This document shows positions 9,579 to 20,030 of a DNA stretch of 64,000 nucleotides, piece by piece. Source of the stretch: Candidatus Woesebacteria bacterium GW2011_GWB1_33_38 (GTDB lineage: Bacteria > Patescibacteriota > Microgenomatia > UBA8517); assembly GCA_000990005.1 (NCBI GenBank), contig LBPF01000003.1, positions 7,479 through 71,478 on the forward strand. Reading direction: 5' to 3'. The notes beneath the pieces are model-generated. The model did no database searches and had not been told where the DNA came from. It was given only the letters and a program-made list of their open reading frames with translations. Both the position numbers and the translations under genes were made by a program. Positions within the stretch are counted from its first letter, which is position 1, and each line of letters begins with the position of its first letter.

Positions 9579-11120
9579 GTGCTTACAAAAATTCTTTCTG
9601 CCAGCCATTTTGGTTTGGAGCCAAACTTAATTGAGGTTGAGGTCAATGTTTTTAAAAAAGGCTTCCCAGGGTTTAATATAATAGGCCTTCCAAATAAATC
9701 AATTGAAGAAGCAAAAGAAAGGGTTAAAACTGCGCTTATTAATTCAAATATTGAAATTCCAAATTCAAAAATTGTAGTTAACTTGGCTCCTGCCGATATT
9801 CCAAAAGAAGGCTCTCTTTATGATCTTCCCATTGCAATCGGAATACTTGCATCCTTAGGTGAAGTAAAACTTCCGCAAGAAAAATCATTTTTTTACGGTG
9901 AACTTTCACTAGACGGTGGACTACGCCACACTAAAGGTGTTTTTCTTTTAGGACTCGCTGCAAAAGCTTTAAAGATTAAAAACTTATTTGTGCCGTTTGA
10001 CTCTGCCAACGAAGCTGTGGTTTTAGCCGGAATTGATGTTTATCCTGTTAAATCTTTACTTGAGCTGGTCAGTCATTTGAATGGAATAAAGAAAATAGAG
10101 AAAATGTCCTTCTCCGCCAAAGCTTCGGGGGGACGATTTGCTGAGACTCAGCAAATCGAGTTTGATTTTGCTGAAATTATTGGTCAGGAATCTGCAAAAC
10201 GCGCTATGACTATTGCAGCAGCAGGAGGACACAATATATTTATGATGGGTAGTCCAGGAGCAGGAAAGACAATGTTAGCAAGAGCATCTGCTGGAATTTT
10301 ACCACCACTAAATGAGGAAGAAGCTTTGGAAGTTACTAAAATTTATTCACTTGCCGGTCTAATACCTGCAGGAGAAGGACTGGTCAGTATAAGACCCTTT
10401 AGAACAGCACATCACACAACAAGCCGAATTGGCTTAATTGGTGGAGGAACAAATCCACATCCCGGAGAAATTTCCCTTGCCCATAATGGAGTATTGTTTT
10501 TGGATGAATTTCCGGAGTTTTCAAGAAGCACACTTGAGGCGTTAAGGCAACCGATGGAGGATGGGGAAGTATCAATAACCAGAATTGCAGGATCGGTTAA
10601 TTTCCCCGCAAGTTTTATGTTAATAGCTGCAGCTAATCCTTGTCCTTGTGGATATTTAGGCGATCCTAAAAAAGATTGCAAATGTACACCAAGAATGATT
10701 ATGAAATATCAAAGTAAATTGTCGGGGCCTTTGATGGATAGAATTGATTTACATATAAATGTTCCTGCGGTTGATATAAACAAGCTTATGGAAAATGCAA
10801 ATGCTAAAACACAAATGGTAAATTCTAAAAAAATTAGAGAGCAGGTTATAAAAGCAAGAGAGATACAGAATAAAAGATTTAGAGGCCTCTCTGTTTACAC
10901 AAATTCCAATATGAAAAATAAACATATTAAAGGATTTGTTGATATAACTCCAGAGGCATTAAGTTTACTTAAACAAGCAGTCAACACTTATAATTTATCA
11001 GCCAGAACTTATTTTAGACTTATAAAAGTAAGTCAGACGATTGCAGATTTATCAGAAAGTAAAAAAATTCTTCCAAATCACGTCGCCGAAGCGTTACAGT
11101 ATCGTGTAAGAAGTGAATAA
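9579..11120 (+). CDS. comM: YifB/ComM Mg-chelatase-like AAA+ ATPase
   Basis: GTG start; ChlI-like N-domain; Walker A GSPGAGKTM; VLFLDEFPEF; C-terminal ComM domain. Confidence 0.85.
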   Translation: MLTKILSASHFGLEPNLIEVEVNVFKKGFPGFNIIGLPNKSIEEAKERVKTALINSNIEIPNSKIVVNLAPADIPKEGSLYDLPIAIGILASLGEVKLPQEKSFFYGELSLDGGLRHTKGVFLLGLAAKALKIKNLFVPFDSANEAVVLAGIDVYPVKSLLELVSHLNGIKKIEKMSFSAKASGGRFAETQQIEFDFAEIIGQESAKRAMTIAAAGGHNIFMMGSPGAGKTMLARASAGILPPLNEEEALEVTKIYSLAGLIPAGEGLVSIRPFRTAHHTTSRIGLIGGGTNPHPGEISLAHNGVLFLDEFPEFSRSTLEALRQPMEDGEVSITRIAGSVNFPASFMLIAAANPCPCGYLGDPKKDCKCTPRMIMKYQSKLSGPLMDRIDLHINVPAVDINKLMENANAKTQMVNSKKIREQVIKAREIQNKRFRGLSVYTNSNMKNKHIKGFVDITPEALSLLKQAVNTYNLSARTYFRLIKVSQTIADLSESKKILPNHVAEALQYRVRSE

Positions 11121-11140
11121 ATTTGTGATATAGTTTTTGT

Positions 11141-11563
11141 ATGCTCTTGTTTGTTTTTGCTTCATCTGTTTATGTTACTAGTTTGGCGATAATTGATGGA
11201 TTGGTTAATCGACTAATTTTTAGAGAAAATAGTAAACTTTCTTACTTTTCAGCAGAAAAGCAAGAGATTTATAAAAGAAAAGAATGGTTTTGGTATTGTT
11301 TTTTGTTTTTGATAATTCTTCCCTTTGTTATCCCTACAATTTTTTCTTTTTTAATCGGAGGAATCCAATATGTGTTAGTTTATATTTTAATTCTTGCGGT
11401 TATTGATTGGGATATTATTTTTGGGAAAATTGTATTTGATAAATGGTTTGGTGATTTACCAAGTATTTGTTTGCCGTTTATTGGTTGGGTTCACTTTAAA
11501 CTACTTCCAACAATTATTATCAGATTATTAACAATTGTAGGAATTGTTTTGTATCTGGTATAG
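11141..11563 (+). CDS. hypothetical membrane protein
   Basis: 140 aa, 3-4 hydrophobic helices. Confidence 0.35.
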   Translation: MLLFVFASSVYVTSLAIIDGLVNRLIFRENSKLSYFSAEKQEIYKRKEWFWYCFLFLIILPFVIPTIFSFLIGGIQYVLVYILILAVIDWDIIFGKIVFDKWFGDLPSICLPFIGWVHFKLLPTIIIRLLTIVGIVLYLV

Positions 11564-11586
11564 ATCTATATCTTTGCAATATAGTG

Positions 11587-11811
11587 TCAGGACTGGGGAC
11601 TAGGAGATTCGGTTTCTTGAGATTTATCTAATTTTTGATTAATTAATTCTCTCACACTTTCAATAAATGGTTTTAATTGATCTTCAGCAGTATTTTTAGG
11701 GGCAAGGGGCAACGTGCCTCTTTCAGGATGGTTATAAAAATACTGACCATTTTGGAAAATAATATCTAATTTCATAGCTTGTAGTTTACTTCTTCTTCTT
11801 CTTCTTGTCAA
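11587..11811 (-). CDS. hypothetical protein with N-terminal Arg5 encoded by a (CTT)6 repeat
   Basis: ORF only; trinucleotide repeat at 11790-11808. Confidence 0.25.
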   Translation of the reverse strand: MTRRRRRSKLQAMKLDIIFQNGQYFYNHPERGTLPLAPKNTAEDQLKPFIESVRELINQKLDKSQETESPSPQS

Positions 11812-11839
11812 TTGTGAAAAATTGGGAGATTATTAAATT

Positions 11840-12124
11840 ATGAAGGCAGAAATTGACCAAAGTGGAAAGGTGGAACATTTGAATACGCATACAGTAGTTT
11901 CCTTGGCAAATCATGTTTCTGGATCGGTTTATTTGTCTGCCACCGAGAAAATAAAACTTATAAAAATTTTAAGAAAAAGTATATTTAACAGGGCAGAATT
12001 TATTTATAAGATATTTGCGATAATTGTTGCTATTTTAAAATTAGGTAAAAAAAGAAACCGAGCTTTATCGGCCTCACCACCCGCTTTTACGCATGGGGTC
12101 CGCTTAGTTCTCGGTTTACTTTAA
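11840..12124 (+). CDS. hypothetical small protein (doubtful); 3' end overlaps a GC-rich structured element
   Basis: GGGAGA Shine-Dalgarno 8 nt upstream; inverted repeat AAACCGAG...CTCGGTTT at 12055-12117 followed by a T-rich tract. Confidence 0.2.
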   Translation: MKAEIDQSGKVEHLNTHTVVSLANHVSGSVYLSATEKIKLIKILRKSIFNRAEFIYKIFAIIVAILKLGKKRNRALSASPPAFTHGVRLVLGLL

Positions 12125-12148
12125 ATATATTATACATAACTTGTCAAC

Positions 12149-12511
12149 ATGAAGCAATTAAATAGATTAATCGGAAAACAAGGGGAGGAGATGGCGGCTG
12201 AGTTACTCAGAAAGAAAGGATATCAGATACTGGATCAAAATAATTCTACCAAATGGGGAGAGTTAGATATAATTGCTTGTAAAGATAATATCTTAACATT
12301 TGTTGAGGTTAAACTAAAAACAACTGAAGACTATGGTACTCCAGAAGAAATGATTGGAAAAAATAAACTAGCGCAAGTTAGACGGACTGCAGAAATGTAT
12401 TTATTAAATAATCCTGATATAGCAAAAAAGTTTGATAGATATCAAATAGATGCTGTGTGTATAGTAGAGGAGTCAGAAAGAATAACGCATTATGAAAACC
12501 TTACATTTTAG
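12149..12511 (+). CDS. yraN: YraN-family (UPF0102) endonuclease
   Basis: GEEMAAELLRKKGYQIL...GELDIIACKD..LTFVEVK signature. Confidence 0.8.
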   Translation: MKQLNRLIGKQGEEMAAELLRKKGYQILDQNNSTKWGELDIIACKDNILTFVEVKLKTTEDYGTPEEMIGKNKLAQVRRTAEMYLLNNPDIAKKFDRYQIDAVCIVEESERITHYENLTF

Positions 12512-13310
12512 AGGAGTAGATCCTTATACTATTAACAAAAAATCCATCGCAATTGTTGGAAGTCGGCAAATGACAAGATATGGTAGGGAAATAGTCGATA
12601 AATTTGTTTGTGACTTTGTTGCCAACGGGATAACCACAATTTCAGGTTTTATGTATGGAGTAGATACAGAGGTTGCAGAAAAGACTATTGAGTATGGCGG
12701 TCGCCACATTGCTGTCTTTGGTTGTGGTTTAGACATAATTTACCCTGCTGAAAACGCAAAATTGTATGACCAAATTGTTAAAACAGGAGGATCAGTTGTG
12801 TCAGAATATGATGACTCGGCAAAACCTCATCTTTGGAAATTTCCACAGAGAAATAAAATTGTTGCAGGACTTTCTTCACTTGGAGTTTTGGTTATCGAGG
12901 CGGGAGAAAATAGTGGGTCATTGGTAACTGCAAAGTTAGCTAAAAAAATGAAGAAAAAAGTATATGCAATACCTGGACCAATTAATTCTAAAGTTTCTAT
13001 TGGATGTAATGATCTTATAAAATCTGGGGATGCAATTATGGCAATAAGTGTGGGAGACATAATTAAATCAAAATTTAAAAAGATAGCATCGCTTACGCGT
13101 CAAAATACAAAATTACAAATTAAAAGTCAAAATTTTGCGAACGGATTAGAACAAAAAATTTATAAAGTACTTGAAATAGAACCTCTGGAAATTGATGAAA
13201 TTGCAGTCAAAATCAGGGGGAGTGTTGTAGAAATTGGATCAACATTATCAATAATGGGAATTAAAGGTCTTGTTACCGAATCTGGAGGTAAATACTACTT
13301 AAATAGGTAG
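12492..13310 (+). CDS. dprA: DNA processing protein DprA (Smf)
   Basis: AIVGSRQMTRYG...ISGFMYGVDTEVAE...HIAVFGCGLDIIYPAEN...RNKIVAGLS...VIEAGENSGSLVTA. Confidence 0.85.
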   Translation: MKTLHFRGVDPYTINKKSIAIVGSRQMTRYGREIVDKFVCDFVANGITTISGFMYGVDTEVAEKTIEYGGRHIAVFGCGLDIIYPAENAKLYDQIVKTGGSVVSEYDDSAKPHLWKFPQRNKIVAGLSSLGVLVIEAGENSGSLVTAKLAKKMKKKVYAIPGPINSKVSIGCNDLIKSGDAIMAISVGDIIKSKFKKIASLTRQNTKLQIKSQNFANGLEQKIYKVLEIEPLEIDEIAVKIRGSVVEIGSTLSIMGIKGLVTESGGKYYLNR

Positions 13311-14117
13311 TCGAAATTTAGTATAACACCCAGGGTAGAGTACTTCTGAACCACCAAACGACTTTTTAAAGTGGGTAAAACCCAGCCAAGATTTATTGGG
13401 AAACCTGTCGTCATATATTCCTTCAAAATCAAAGATTTTACAACCTTGCTTTCTAGCCCATAGTATTCCAGAATAGAGAAGAGAGTATTGGGAGAGGGAA
13501 GTGCGACCTTCTTTATTAGTAAAACCATACCAATAATATACAAAGTCGTGTGAACTCCGCGTGAAAATCGCTCCCCCGATAATATTGCCAACTTTATTGT
13601 GCGACGCAAGGAAAATTGAGTGATTGTTCAGGAAGTTTTTTTTTAAGTTTATTAAACTTTCAAGGTTTGGTACATATCGATTAAAACTAACTGATTTTTT
13701 CCAAGCTTTATAAAATTTTTCTATTTCTTTTGGGGTAGAATACTCAACAATTTTTAGTTTATCCCCTATTTTTATACTTCTTCTTGTCTCCTTTTTAAAA
13801 ACAAACGGGCTAGTCAAATCCAGATGCAATGTTTTTGAAGGTAAATATGGGTTTTTTGACAACTTGTAGTTATTAGCTTTTAATTTTTGACTATTTAAAT
13901 TTAAGTTTGGTTCAATAATTGTTTGAAAAACTCTATATTTTTTTTCTAACTTTTTTGTTGTCTTAAAATCGATATTTTTAGGTCTTTGAATTTTTAGGAC
14001 GGAACCGATTAGGGGCAGTTTTCGTATGAAGTAGTTAGTGTTTTTAATTCTCTCTATAATCCAGCCTTGGGATTTTAAATATTTGGCATAATTTACAGAT
14101 TGTCTGATATCAGTCAT
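13299..14117 (-). CDS. FemAB-family peptidoglycan aminoacyl-transferase paralog
   Basis: FemAB C-terminal blocks YYWYG...LLYSGILWARKQGCKIFDFEGI...GFTHFKKSFGG. Confidence 0.65.
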   Translation of the reverse strand: MTDIRQSVNYAKYLKSQGWIIERIKNTNYFIRKLPLIGSVLKIQRPKNIDFKTTKKLEKKYRVFQTIIEPNLNLNSQKLKANNYKLSKNPYLPSKTLHLDLTSPFVFKKETRRSIKIGDKLKIVEYSTPKEIEKFYKAWKKSVSFNRYVPNLESLINLKKNFLNNHSIFLASHNKVGNIIGGAIFTRSSHDFVYYWYGFTNKEGRTSLSQYSLLYSGILWARKQGCKIFDFEGIYDDRFPNKSWLGFTHFKKSFGGSEVLYPGCYTKFRLPI

Positions 14118-15013
14118 ACCCTTGCCTTAAGTCGAAGAAAAAACCATCTAGCTTTTTCAGCAATTCTATATAGATAATATAATGGCTTGTTTATAACAAG
14201 GTCCCAACTACCCACAAACTCAACAACCTTTGGATTGTAACCCTCCTTAAATTTAGTAAATCCCTTACCCTCTTCTCTTCCCCATAAATCAAATGTAGAT
14301 AATCCTTGTTTTTTACCGTATTTAATTGCTTCCCACATCATTAGATTATTGGCCATTACCTCCTTATACTTATCAGTTGATGCTCCATATGGGTAATACA
14401 AAAAGTCATTATGGGTAAAAAGTATCCAGGTAGAAATAATTTCGCCTTTGTATGTCGCAATTAGAAGATGTGCAATTTTATCTTTTAAATGCTTCCACAT
14501 AAGCCTATGGTACTTTTCAGTGTGAGCATAGAAGCCTTGCCTTTTAGCTGTTTCAAACGTTAATTCAAGATACTTTTCAAAAGCTTTGTCTGAATTATCA
14601 ATTCTTACCTTTACTTCATGTTTCTGGGCTAGCCTAATGTTATACCTAGTTTTGCTAGAAAAAGATTTTAGAAGTTCTTCCTCAGATTTTGTTAGGTCAA
14701 TCCAAAAAGTTGTCGGTGTAAATAATGTTTTGCCCCTGACCAGGCCTGATTTACTGAGTAACTGTTTTACTGATTCATTATTAGAAATATTTGGCTCGAA
14801 TTTTATAAAAATTGCGTTATATTTTTTGCCTATATTTCTAAACATTGCAGGGTCGGACTCTGCAATAGGGCCACATTTAAGGCATGTTCCTATTTTGAAA
14901 TTGGTATAAGGAATTTTGGAAAAAATTATTAAAGAATTCTTTTCAAAGTGAACTTCATTCCCCCACTCCTTTCTAAACTCTCCCCATTCCTTTGTTTGTA
15001 GTGGATGTGTCAT
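14114..15013 (-). CDS. FemAB-family peptidoglycan aminoacyl-transferase
   Basis: QTKEWGEFRKEWG...YYPYGASTDKYKEVMANNLMMWEAIKYGKKQGLSTFDLWG...GFTKFKEGY. Confidence 0.7.
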   Translation of the reverse strand: MTHPLQTKEWGEFRKEWGNEVHFEKNSLIIFSKIPYTNFKIGTCLKCGPIAESDPAMFRNIGKKYNAIFIKFEPNISNNESVKQLLSKSGLVRGKTLFTPTTFWIDLTKSEEELLKSFSSKTRYNIRLAQKHEVKVRIDNSDKAFEKYLELTFETAKRQGFYAHTEKYHRLMWKHLKDKIAHLLIATYKGEIISTWILFTHNDFLYYPYGASTDKYKEVMANNLMMWEAIKYGKKQGLSTFDLWGREEGKGFTKFKEGYNPKVVEFVGSWDLVINKPLYYLYRIAEKARWFFLRLKARV

Positions 15014-15017
15014 AGTC

Positions 15018-15087
15018 TATTTTAAGTACTTGTTGAGAATATTAGAATAACCAATATTCCTTATTTTAAGTACTTGTCGAGAATATT
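15018..15087. repeat. 26-nt direct duplication (1 mismatch) of the 3' end of pcrA, copies at 15018-15043 and 15062-15087
   Basis: tattttaagtacttgt[t/c]gagaatatt appears twice; the second copy contains the pcrA stop codon. Confidence 0.8.
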
Positions 15088-16723
15088 GTCAAAGTTTAAA
15101 TCATCATCGGCGATCTGTGAGTCATTATAAACATCGTTTTTTATAATTTCCAAACTGCCGTTTAATAAATGCTCAGGAATGTCCGAAAGAAATCTACTTG
15201 GGGCGTTACTTGATGTTTCTCCATAGAAGAGGCGTTTACTGGCATAACACAAAATCAATGTTTCTTTGGCTCTAGTTATGCCTACATAACAAAGTCTTCT
15301 TTCTTCTTCTAGTTGTTCTTTTTCCCACAAAGACCTTGAATGTGGAAAAATTCCTTCCTCCATTCCTACAATGAAAACTACAGTGAATTCAAGACCTTTG
15401 GCAGAATGCAAAGTCATAAGAGTAACTGCGTTTTTTGTTTCATGAATAGGTCCTGCTTCAATTAATGATACATTTTCTAAAAATTCTATTAATGTGGGAA
15501 ATTCAATCGCAACTGAACGAAGCTCTTTGATGTTTTCAAGACGTTCTACATCTTCTGGATCGATCTCTTTAAATTTGGCTAAATAACTTGTTGTTTTTAA
15601 AACCTGGTCAAGTATTTCTAGTGTTGTTAACTCTTGTAAATTGGAAATTGATAATTGTAAATTGCTGAAGGCTTCATACCTTCTTTTACCTAAGGCTAAC
15701 ACTCTTTTTTTGGAGACTGTATCTTTGTGATTAACTAAAAGCCTTAAGTATGAAAGTATGTCTTTTATTTCTTTTCTATCATAGAATCTAACACCACCCA
15801 TTAATGAGTAAGGAATACTAGCGTGGAGTAATGCCTCTTCAAGCACACGAGATTGGGCGTTCGTTCTGTAAAGTATGGCAACATCACTATAATCTTTGCC
15901 ACTAAGGACTAGCCTTTTTATTTCATTTATAACAAATTCTGCTTCATCAAAACCGTTTCTGGCAGGATAAATAGATATCTTTTCTCCACTTTCTTTTTCT
16001 GTCCATAATTTTAAAATAGGGTGAGTCATATTTTTAGAAATTACGGCGTTAGCTGCTTCTAAAATATTTTGTGTACTTCTGTAGTTTTGTTCCAGGTTAA
16101 TAACTTTTATTTTAGGATAGTCAGAAATTAGATAGTTTATATTTCTGTAATCTGCCCCTCTCCAGGAGTATACTGACTGACTAGCATCTCCTACGGCAGT
16201 AATTACACCTCTATTTCCGTCTATTAGTCTTATTAATTTATATTGTATTTTATTTGTGTCCTGCCACTCATCGACAAATATTTGTTTTAATCTATCTCTC
16301 CATTTTGAAACAATCTCTGGTATTTCAAAAAGTAAAACAGTTTTAATTAGAAGATCGTCAAAGTCTAAAGCATTAATTTCTTTTAATTTTCTCTCGTACG
16401 CTTTATAAATTGTAGAAATAGTTTGATCTGTCGGCTCCAGCATTTGATTTTTGGCTTCAGAGATAGAGTATAAAACAGATGAAGGTTTTATCGTATCTTT
16501 GATACCAATTTCCAAGATTATGTCTTTAATTAAATCTTTTTGCTGCCTTATTGGTAAATGTCAATAAAAGACAGTTTTCAGGATTAACTAACTTTGTTTT
16601 TATAAAATATGAGACTCGTTCTGTTAAAACTTTAGTTTTACCTGATCCTGCCCCAGCTAAAACCAAAAGAGGTCCTCCAACGTATGTAACTGCTTCTTGC
16701 TGTTCCTTGTTAAGAGTCTCCAT
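15061..16723 (-). pseudogene. pcrA: UvrD/PcrA-type helicase interrupted by a frameshift in a T5/A5 run at 16537-16541
   Basis: N-terminal ORF 16526-16723 carries [14 protein letters not shown]...[11 protein letters not shown]. The C-terminal ORF 15061-16515 carries DEWQDTN, QNYRST and VGITRAKE. The frames join in the homopolymer. Confidence 0.75.
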
Positions 16724-16741
16724 ATTACTTACAATAGTAGC

Positions 16742-17659
16742 ATGCGGATTATTAAATTTGTTTCACTATTTTTAGGAAGTTTAATAATTGTTTTGGTTCT
16801 GCTATGTTCTAGCTTCTATTTTCTAGCACCTAAATTGCAACAGAATGTTGCAATTTTAGTTTTAGGCAAGGGTGGTGAGGGCCATACGGCTCCAGATTTG
16901 ACAGATACTATGATGCTTGTAAATTTAAATCCAGATTCTAATAAAGTATCTATTTTATCTCTGCCTCGAGATATTTGGATTCCAGCCATTCGTGCTAAAT
17001 TAAACACAGCGTATCATTATGGTAGTTTTGGTCTTGCATCATCCAGTGTGTCTAGTGTTACAGGTATAACACCCAACTATTATGTGGTTGTTGATTTTTC
17101 ACTGTTTAAAGATTTAATCGATACTGTTGGTGGTATAAATGTAGAAGTTGCCAATCCCTTTACTGATGAAAAATATCCAATCGTGGGAAAAGAAGATGAT
17201 CTATGCAATGGAGATAAATTATACAAATGTAGATACGAAACCCTTCACTTTGTCCAGGGTAAACAATTAATGAATGGGGAGACTGCTCTACAGTTTGTTA
17301 GAAGTAGAAATGCGGTAGGAGATGAAGGAACAGATATTGCAAGAGAGAGAAGACAGCAAAAAGTGATTGAAGCTTTAAAGACAAAACTTTTGTCAACGCA
17401 AGTTTTGTCAAATTCAAAGGTTTTAATGAATTTATACGATATTATAATGTCTCATTTGGAAACAAATATTGATAAAGTTATGACACTTAAATTATTAAGA
17501 TTTATTTTTGAATCAAAAGATAACATCAAGTTTTTATCAATCCCGGAAGAATATATTAAGTTTTCCCAAAATAACAAAAGATATGATTTTCAATATGTTT
17601 TTATCCCAGTAAGTGGTAATTGGAATGAATTTCAGAATTGGCTAAAAAAAGGAATATAA
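16742..17659 (+). CDS. LytR-CpsA-Psr (LCP) family protein
   Basis: N-terminal TM; [18 protein letters not shown]...[22 protein letters not shown]...ALQFVRSRN...RQQKVIEAL. Confidence 0.75.
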   Translation: MRIIKFVSLFLGSLIIVLVLLCSSFYFLAPKLQQNVAILVLGKGGEGHTAPDLTDTMMLVNLNPDSNKVSILSLPRDIWIPAIRAKLNTAYHYGSFGLASSSVSSVTGITPNYYVVVDFSLFKDLIDTVGGINVEVANPFTDEKYPIVGKEDDLCNGDKLYKCRYETLHFVQGKQLMNGETALQFVRSRNAVGDEGTDIARERRQQKVIEALKTKLLSTQVLSNSKVLMNLYDIIMSHLETNIDKVMTLKLLRFIFESKDNIKFLSIPEEYIKFSQNNKRYDFQYVFIPVSGNWNEFQNWLKKGI

Positions 17660-17660
17660 A

Positions 17661-18827
17661 TTACCACCCTACCCAGTCAAATTTATTGATAAATAGAACG
17701 CCCCAAGTGTTTACAATAATGCAGATTAAAAGTAGAAGCCAATTATGCCATCTCGGCCCATTCTGTTTTACAATTCCTTTAATTGTAAGTAACATTAAAA
17801 AAGGATAAAAGTCGACGGCGAACCGGTATCCAAATTGCGAAAATCCAGTTCCTCCGTGAGAGGCTACTATAAATAGTATTATTAAAATAGAAATCCAAGA
17901 TAATTTTGTAACGAGATCTTTTTTAGCTGCAAAGAAAGCATATATAAAAGCAGGAGTGGTTAAAATTATAGACATTCCAGCAAGAGACGGAACAATATAG
18001 GGGAAAGTATCTCTAATTACAGGTAGTTTCAAAAAGAAAATGTTAAAGTTTTTAGGTATATAAGTAGGACTCCAAAGGCCTGACGAGAACCAAGATGAGG
18101 TATTAACATCTGGAATTAAACTGTAACCATTATCAAACGGATTCCCAAACCTTAAATAGTTATAGCTAAAGCCAAATATAGCAAAGATAGAAAATACTAG
18201 AATTAATTTAGTCAATATTTTGATATTTTTAAATTTATTCCAATTCATAAAAATCATAAATGGAAAAACTAATGCTGTATGGCTTCTCGAAAGAAATACA
18301 GATCCCAACAATATTCCCAATAAAATTGGTCTAGACTTTCCAAATATTTCAACTAATGCCCAGGTCAAGAAAAAAGCAGATGTAACTTGGCCTAAATACC
18401 ATACTGATCCAACTGAAGATAAAAACCAAACTATGGATCCCAACCCAATTAATAATCCTGACCAGATCGCAAGTTTAATATCTTTTTTAATTTTATATGA
18501 CAAAATCATTGTCATACCCACAATCCCCATTCCAAATATATGAGCAATAATTTGTTGTGGAAATTCTTTTCCGAAAATTAACACAAACGGTAAAGCAATA
18601 ATTGCCGGCATTGGAGGATTTGTCACATACCATCTGTTGATATCAATCGGAACTTTTTCAAGCCATGGATAAACACCCTCTATATACAAGTGTCCTTTTA
18701 AAAAAGCATCAGCTAATAATATGAAATGGTTAAAAGCCGTGTTTCCAGCGGACGACAAAAAATAAATTATTAATATAATTATTGAAGTAATTATTATTAC
18801 CAACCTAGATTTATGATTTATCATCAT
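17661..18827 (-). CDS. polytopic membrane protein, putative GT-C-fold glycosyltransferase
   Basis: About 11 TM helices; shares YNYLRFGNPFDNGY and terminal ..WGV..IN..W blocks with the 18837-20030 product. Confidence 0.4.
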   Translation of the reverse strand: MMINHKSRLVIIITSIIILIIYFLSSAGNTAFNHFILLADAFLKGHLYIEGVYPWLEKVPIDINRWYVTNPPMPAIIALPFVLIFGKEFPQQIIAHIFGMGIVGMTMILSYKIKKDIKLAIWSGLLIGLGSIVWFLSSVGSVWYLGQVTSAFFLTWALVEIFGKSRPILLGILLGSVFLSRSHTALVFPFMIFMNWNKFKNIKILTKLILVFSIFAIFGFSYNYLRFGNPFDNGYSLIPDVNTSSWFSSGLWSPTYIPKNFNIFFLKLPVIRDTFPYIVPSLAGMSIILTTPAFIYAFFAAKKDLVTKLSWISILIILFIVASHGGTGFSQFGYRFAVDFYPFLMLLTIKGIVKQNGPRWHNWLLLLICIIVNTWGVLFINKFDWVGW

Positions 18828-18836
18828 TTTCCCGAA

Positions 18837-20030
18837 TTACCATCCTAAATTAATTGCCCATATTACTCCCCAAAAATTAACTATAACCGAAATTAGTATT
18901 AATAATAGGTTTAATTTAGTTGATTTGAATCTTAATGCCAAGATTATCATAAGAAAAACAATGAAATCTAAAACAAATCTATATCCAAACTGAACCCAAC
19001 CTTGCATAATATGTAAAAAACTGGGTATGGCACAAATAATACTTGTAATAATTAAGTTTGACTCAAGACCAGGTTTAAATTTAGGTCTTAATGCTAGAAA
19101 AAGAAGTGGGGAAGTAAAAAGTATTCCCATACCAAAAGGTGAAGGCTTTAAATCTTTTACAATTCCTCCATCAATTTTGACATTAGGGGGCATAACTAAA
19201 AAAGTATAAAGATGCAAGCCCACATTTTTAATATCAAAATATCCGAATAACGAAGACTTAGGATTTATGATTTGGCGGATAGTGTAGGGATAATCTGAAC
19301 CTGCGTATTGTAAATACACCTCGTTATAGCCTGTCCTGAAGGGATTACCAAACCTTAAATAATCATAAGACAAAATGATGGGTACAAAAACAAATGCCCC
19401 CAGAAGAAAAAACATAAATCTTTTCTTTTTTCTCCAAAGTTGCAAGAGATAAAAGATACCTGCAAGAATTAACGACATTCTTGTTAAAGCTCCTAATGCA
19501 AAAAATATCCCTGACCAAAAATCAAATTTTTTAAAATGGAAAATTAAAGATAGTGTTATGAAAAAGATAGCTACAATATGGGCAAAAAACCACGTGGTAC
19601 CAACAACTGCAGACCAAAAAAAAGACGTACCAAAACCCAAAAATACTGATAAAAGTATGGAGTTTCTTTTTGAGGTGAAACTAGTTAAAAGTAAATAAAT
19701 TAAACTTATGTCAATTGCTCCAACAAGTATAGACACTTGTTGTTGAGTAATTCCTTTGAAAATTAGGACAAAAGGTGTGAGGAGAATAGATGCGCCTGGG
19801 GGAAATGGAATATAAGTCTTGCCTTCAAATTCTAATTTATCATGATAAAATTGAGGTAGATCTGGTATATCTACCCTACCTTGCAAGATTGACTTTGTGA
19901 GGTATAAATAGTGGTCGTACCAATTTCTTGGTTCTGGGTAGATGTTTTTGTAAATCAAAAAACTTCCTAGAAACAAAATTAGTGGAACTAAAATATGCGC
20001 AAATTTTTTCAAAAATCCTATTTTTGTCAT
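18837..20030 (-). CDS. polytopic membrane protein, putative GT-C-fold glycosyltransferase (paralog of 17661-18827)
   Basis: YDYLRFGNPFRTGY block and similar topology. Confidence 0.4.
   Translation of the reverse strand: MTKIGFLKKFAHILVPLILFLGSFLIYKNIYPEPRNWYDHYLYLTKSILQGRVDIPDLPQFYHDKLEFEGKTYIPFPPGASILLTPFVLIFKGITQQQVSILVGAIDISLIYLLLTSFTSKRNSILLSVFLGFGTSFFWSAVVGTTWFFAHIVAIFFITLSLIFHFKKFDFWSGIFFALGALTRMSLILAGIFYLLQLWRKKKRFMFFLLGAFVFVPIILSYDYLRFGNPFRTGYNEVYLQYAGSDYPYTIRQIINPKSSLFGYFDIKNVGLHLYTFLVMPPNVKIDGGIVKDLKPSPFGMGILFTSPLLFLALRPKFKPGLESNLIITSIICAIPSFLHIMQGWVQFGYRFVLDFIVFLMIILALRFKSTKLNLLLILISVIVNFWGVIWAINLGW

Noticed and set aside
14586-14909. 107-aa plus-strand ORF inside the fem gene
   Set aside because: Antisense to a FemAB gene with good motif support.
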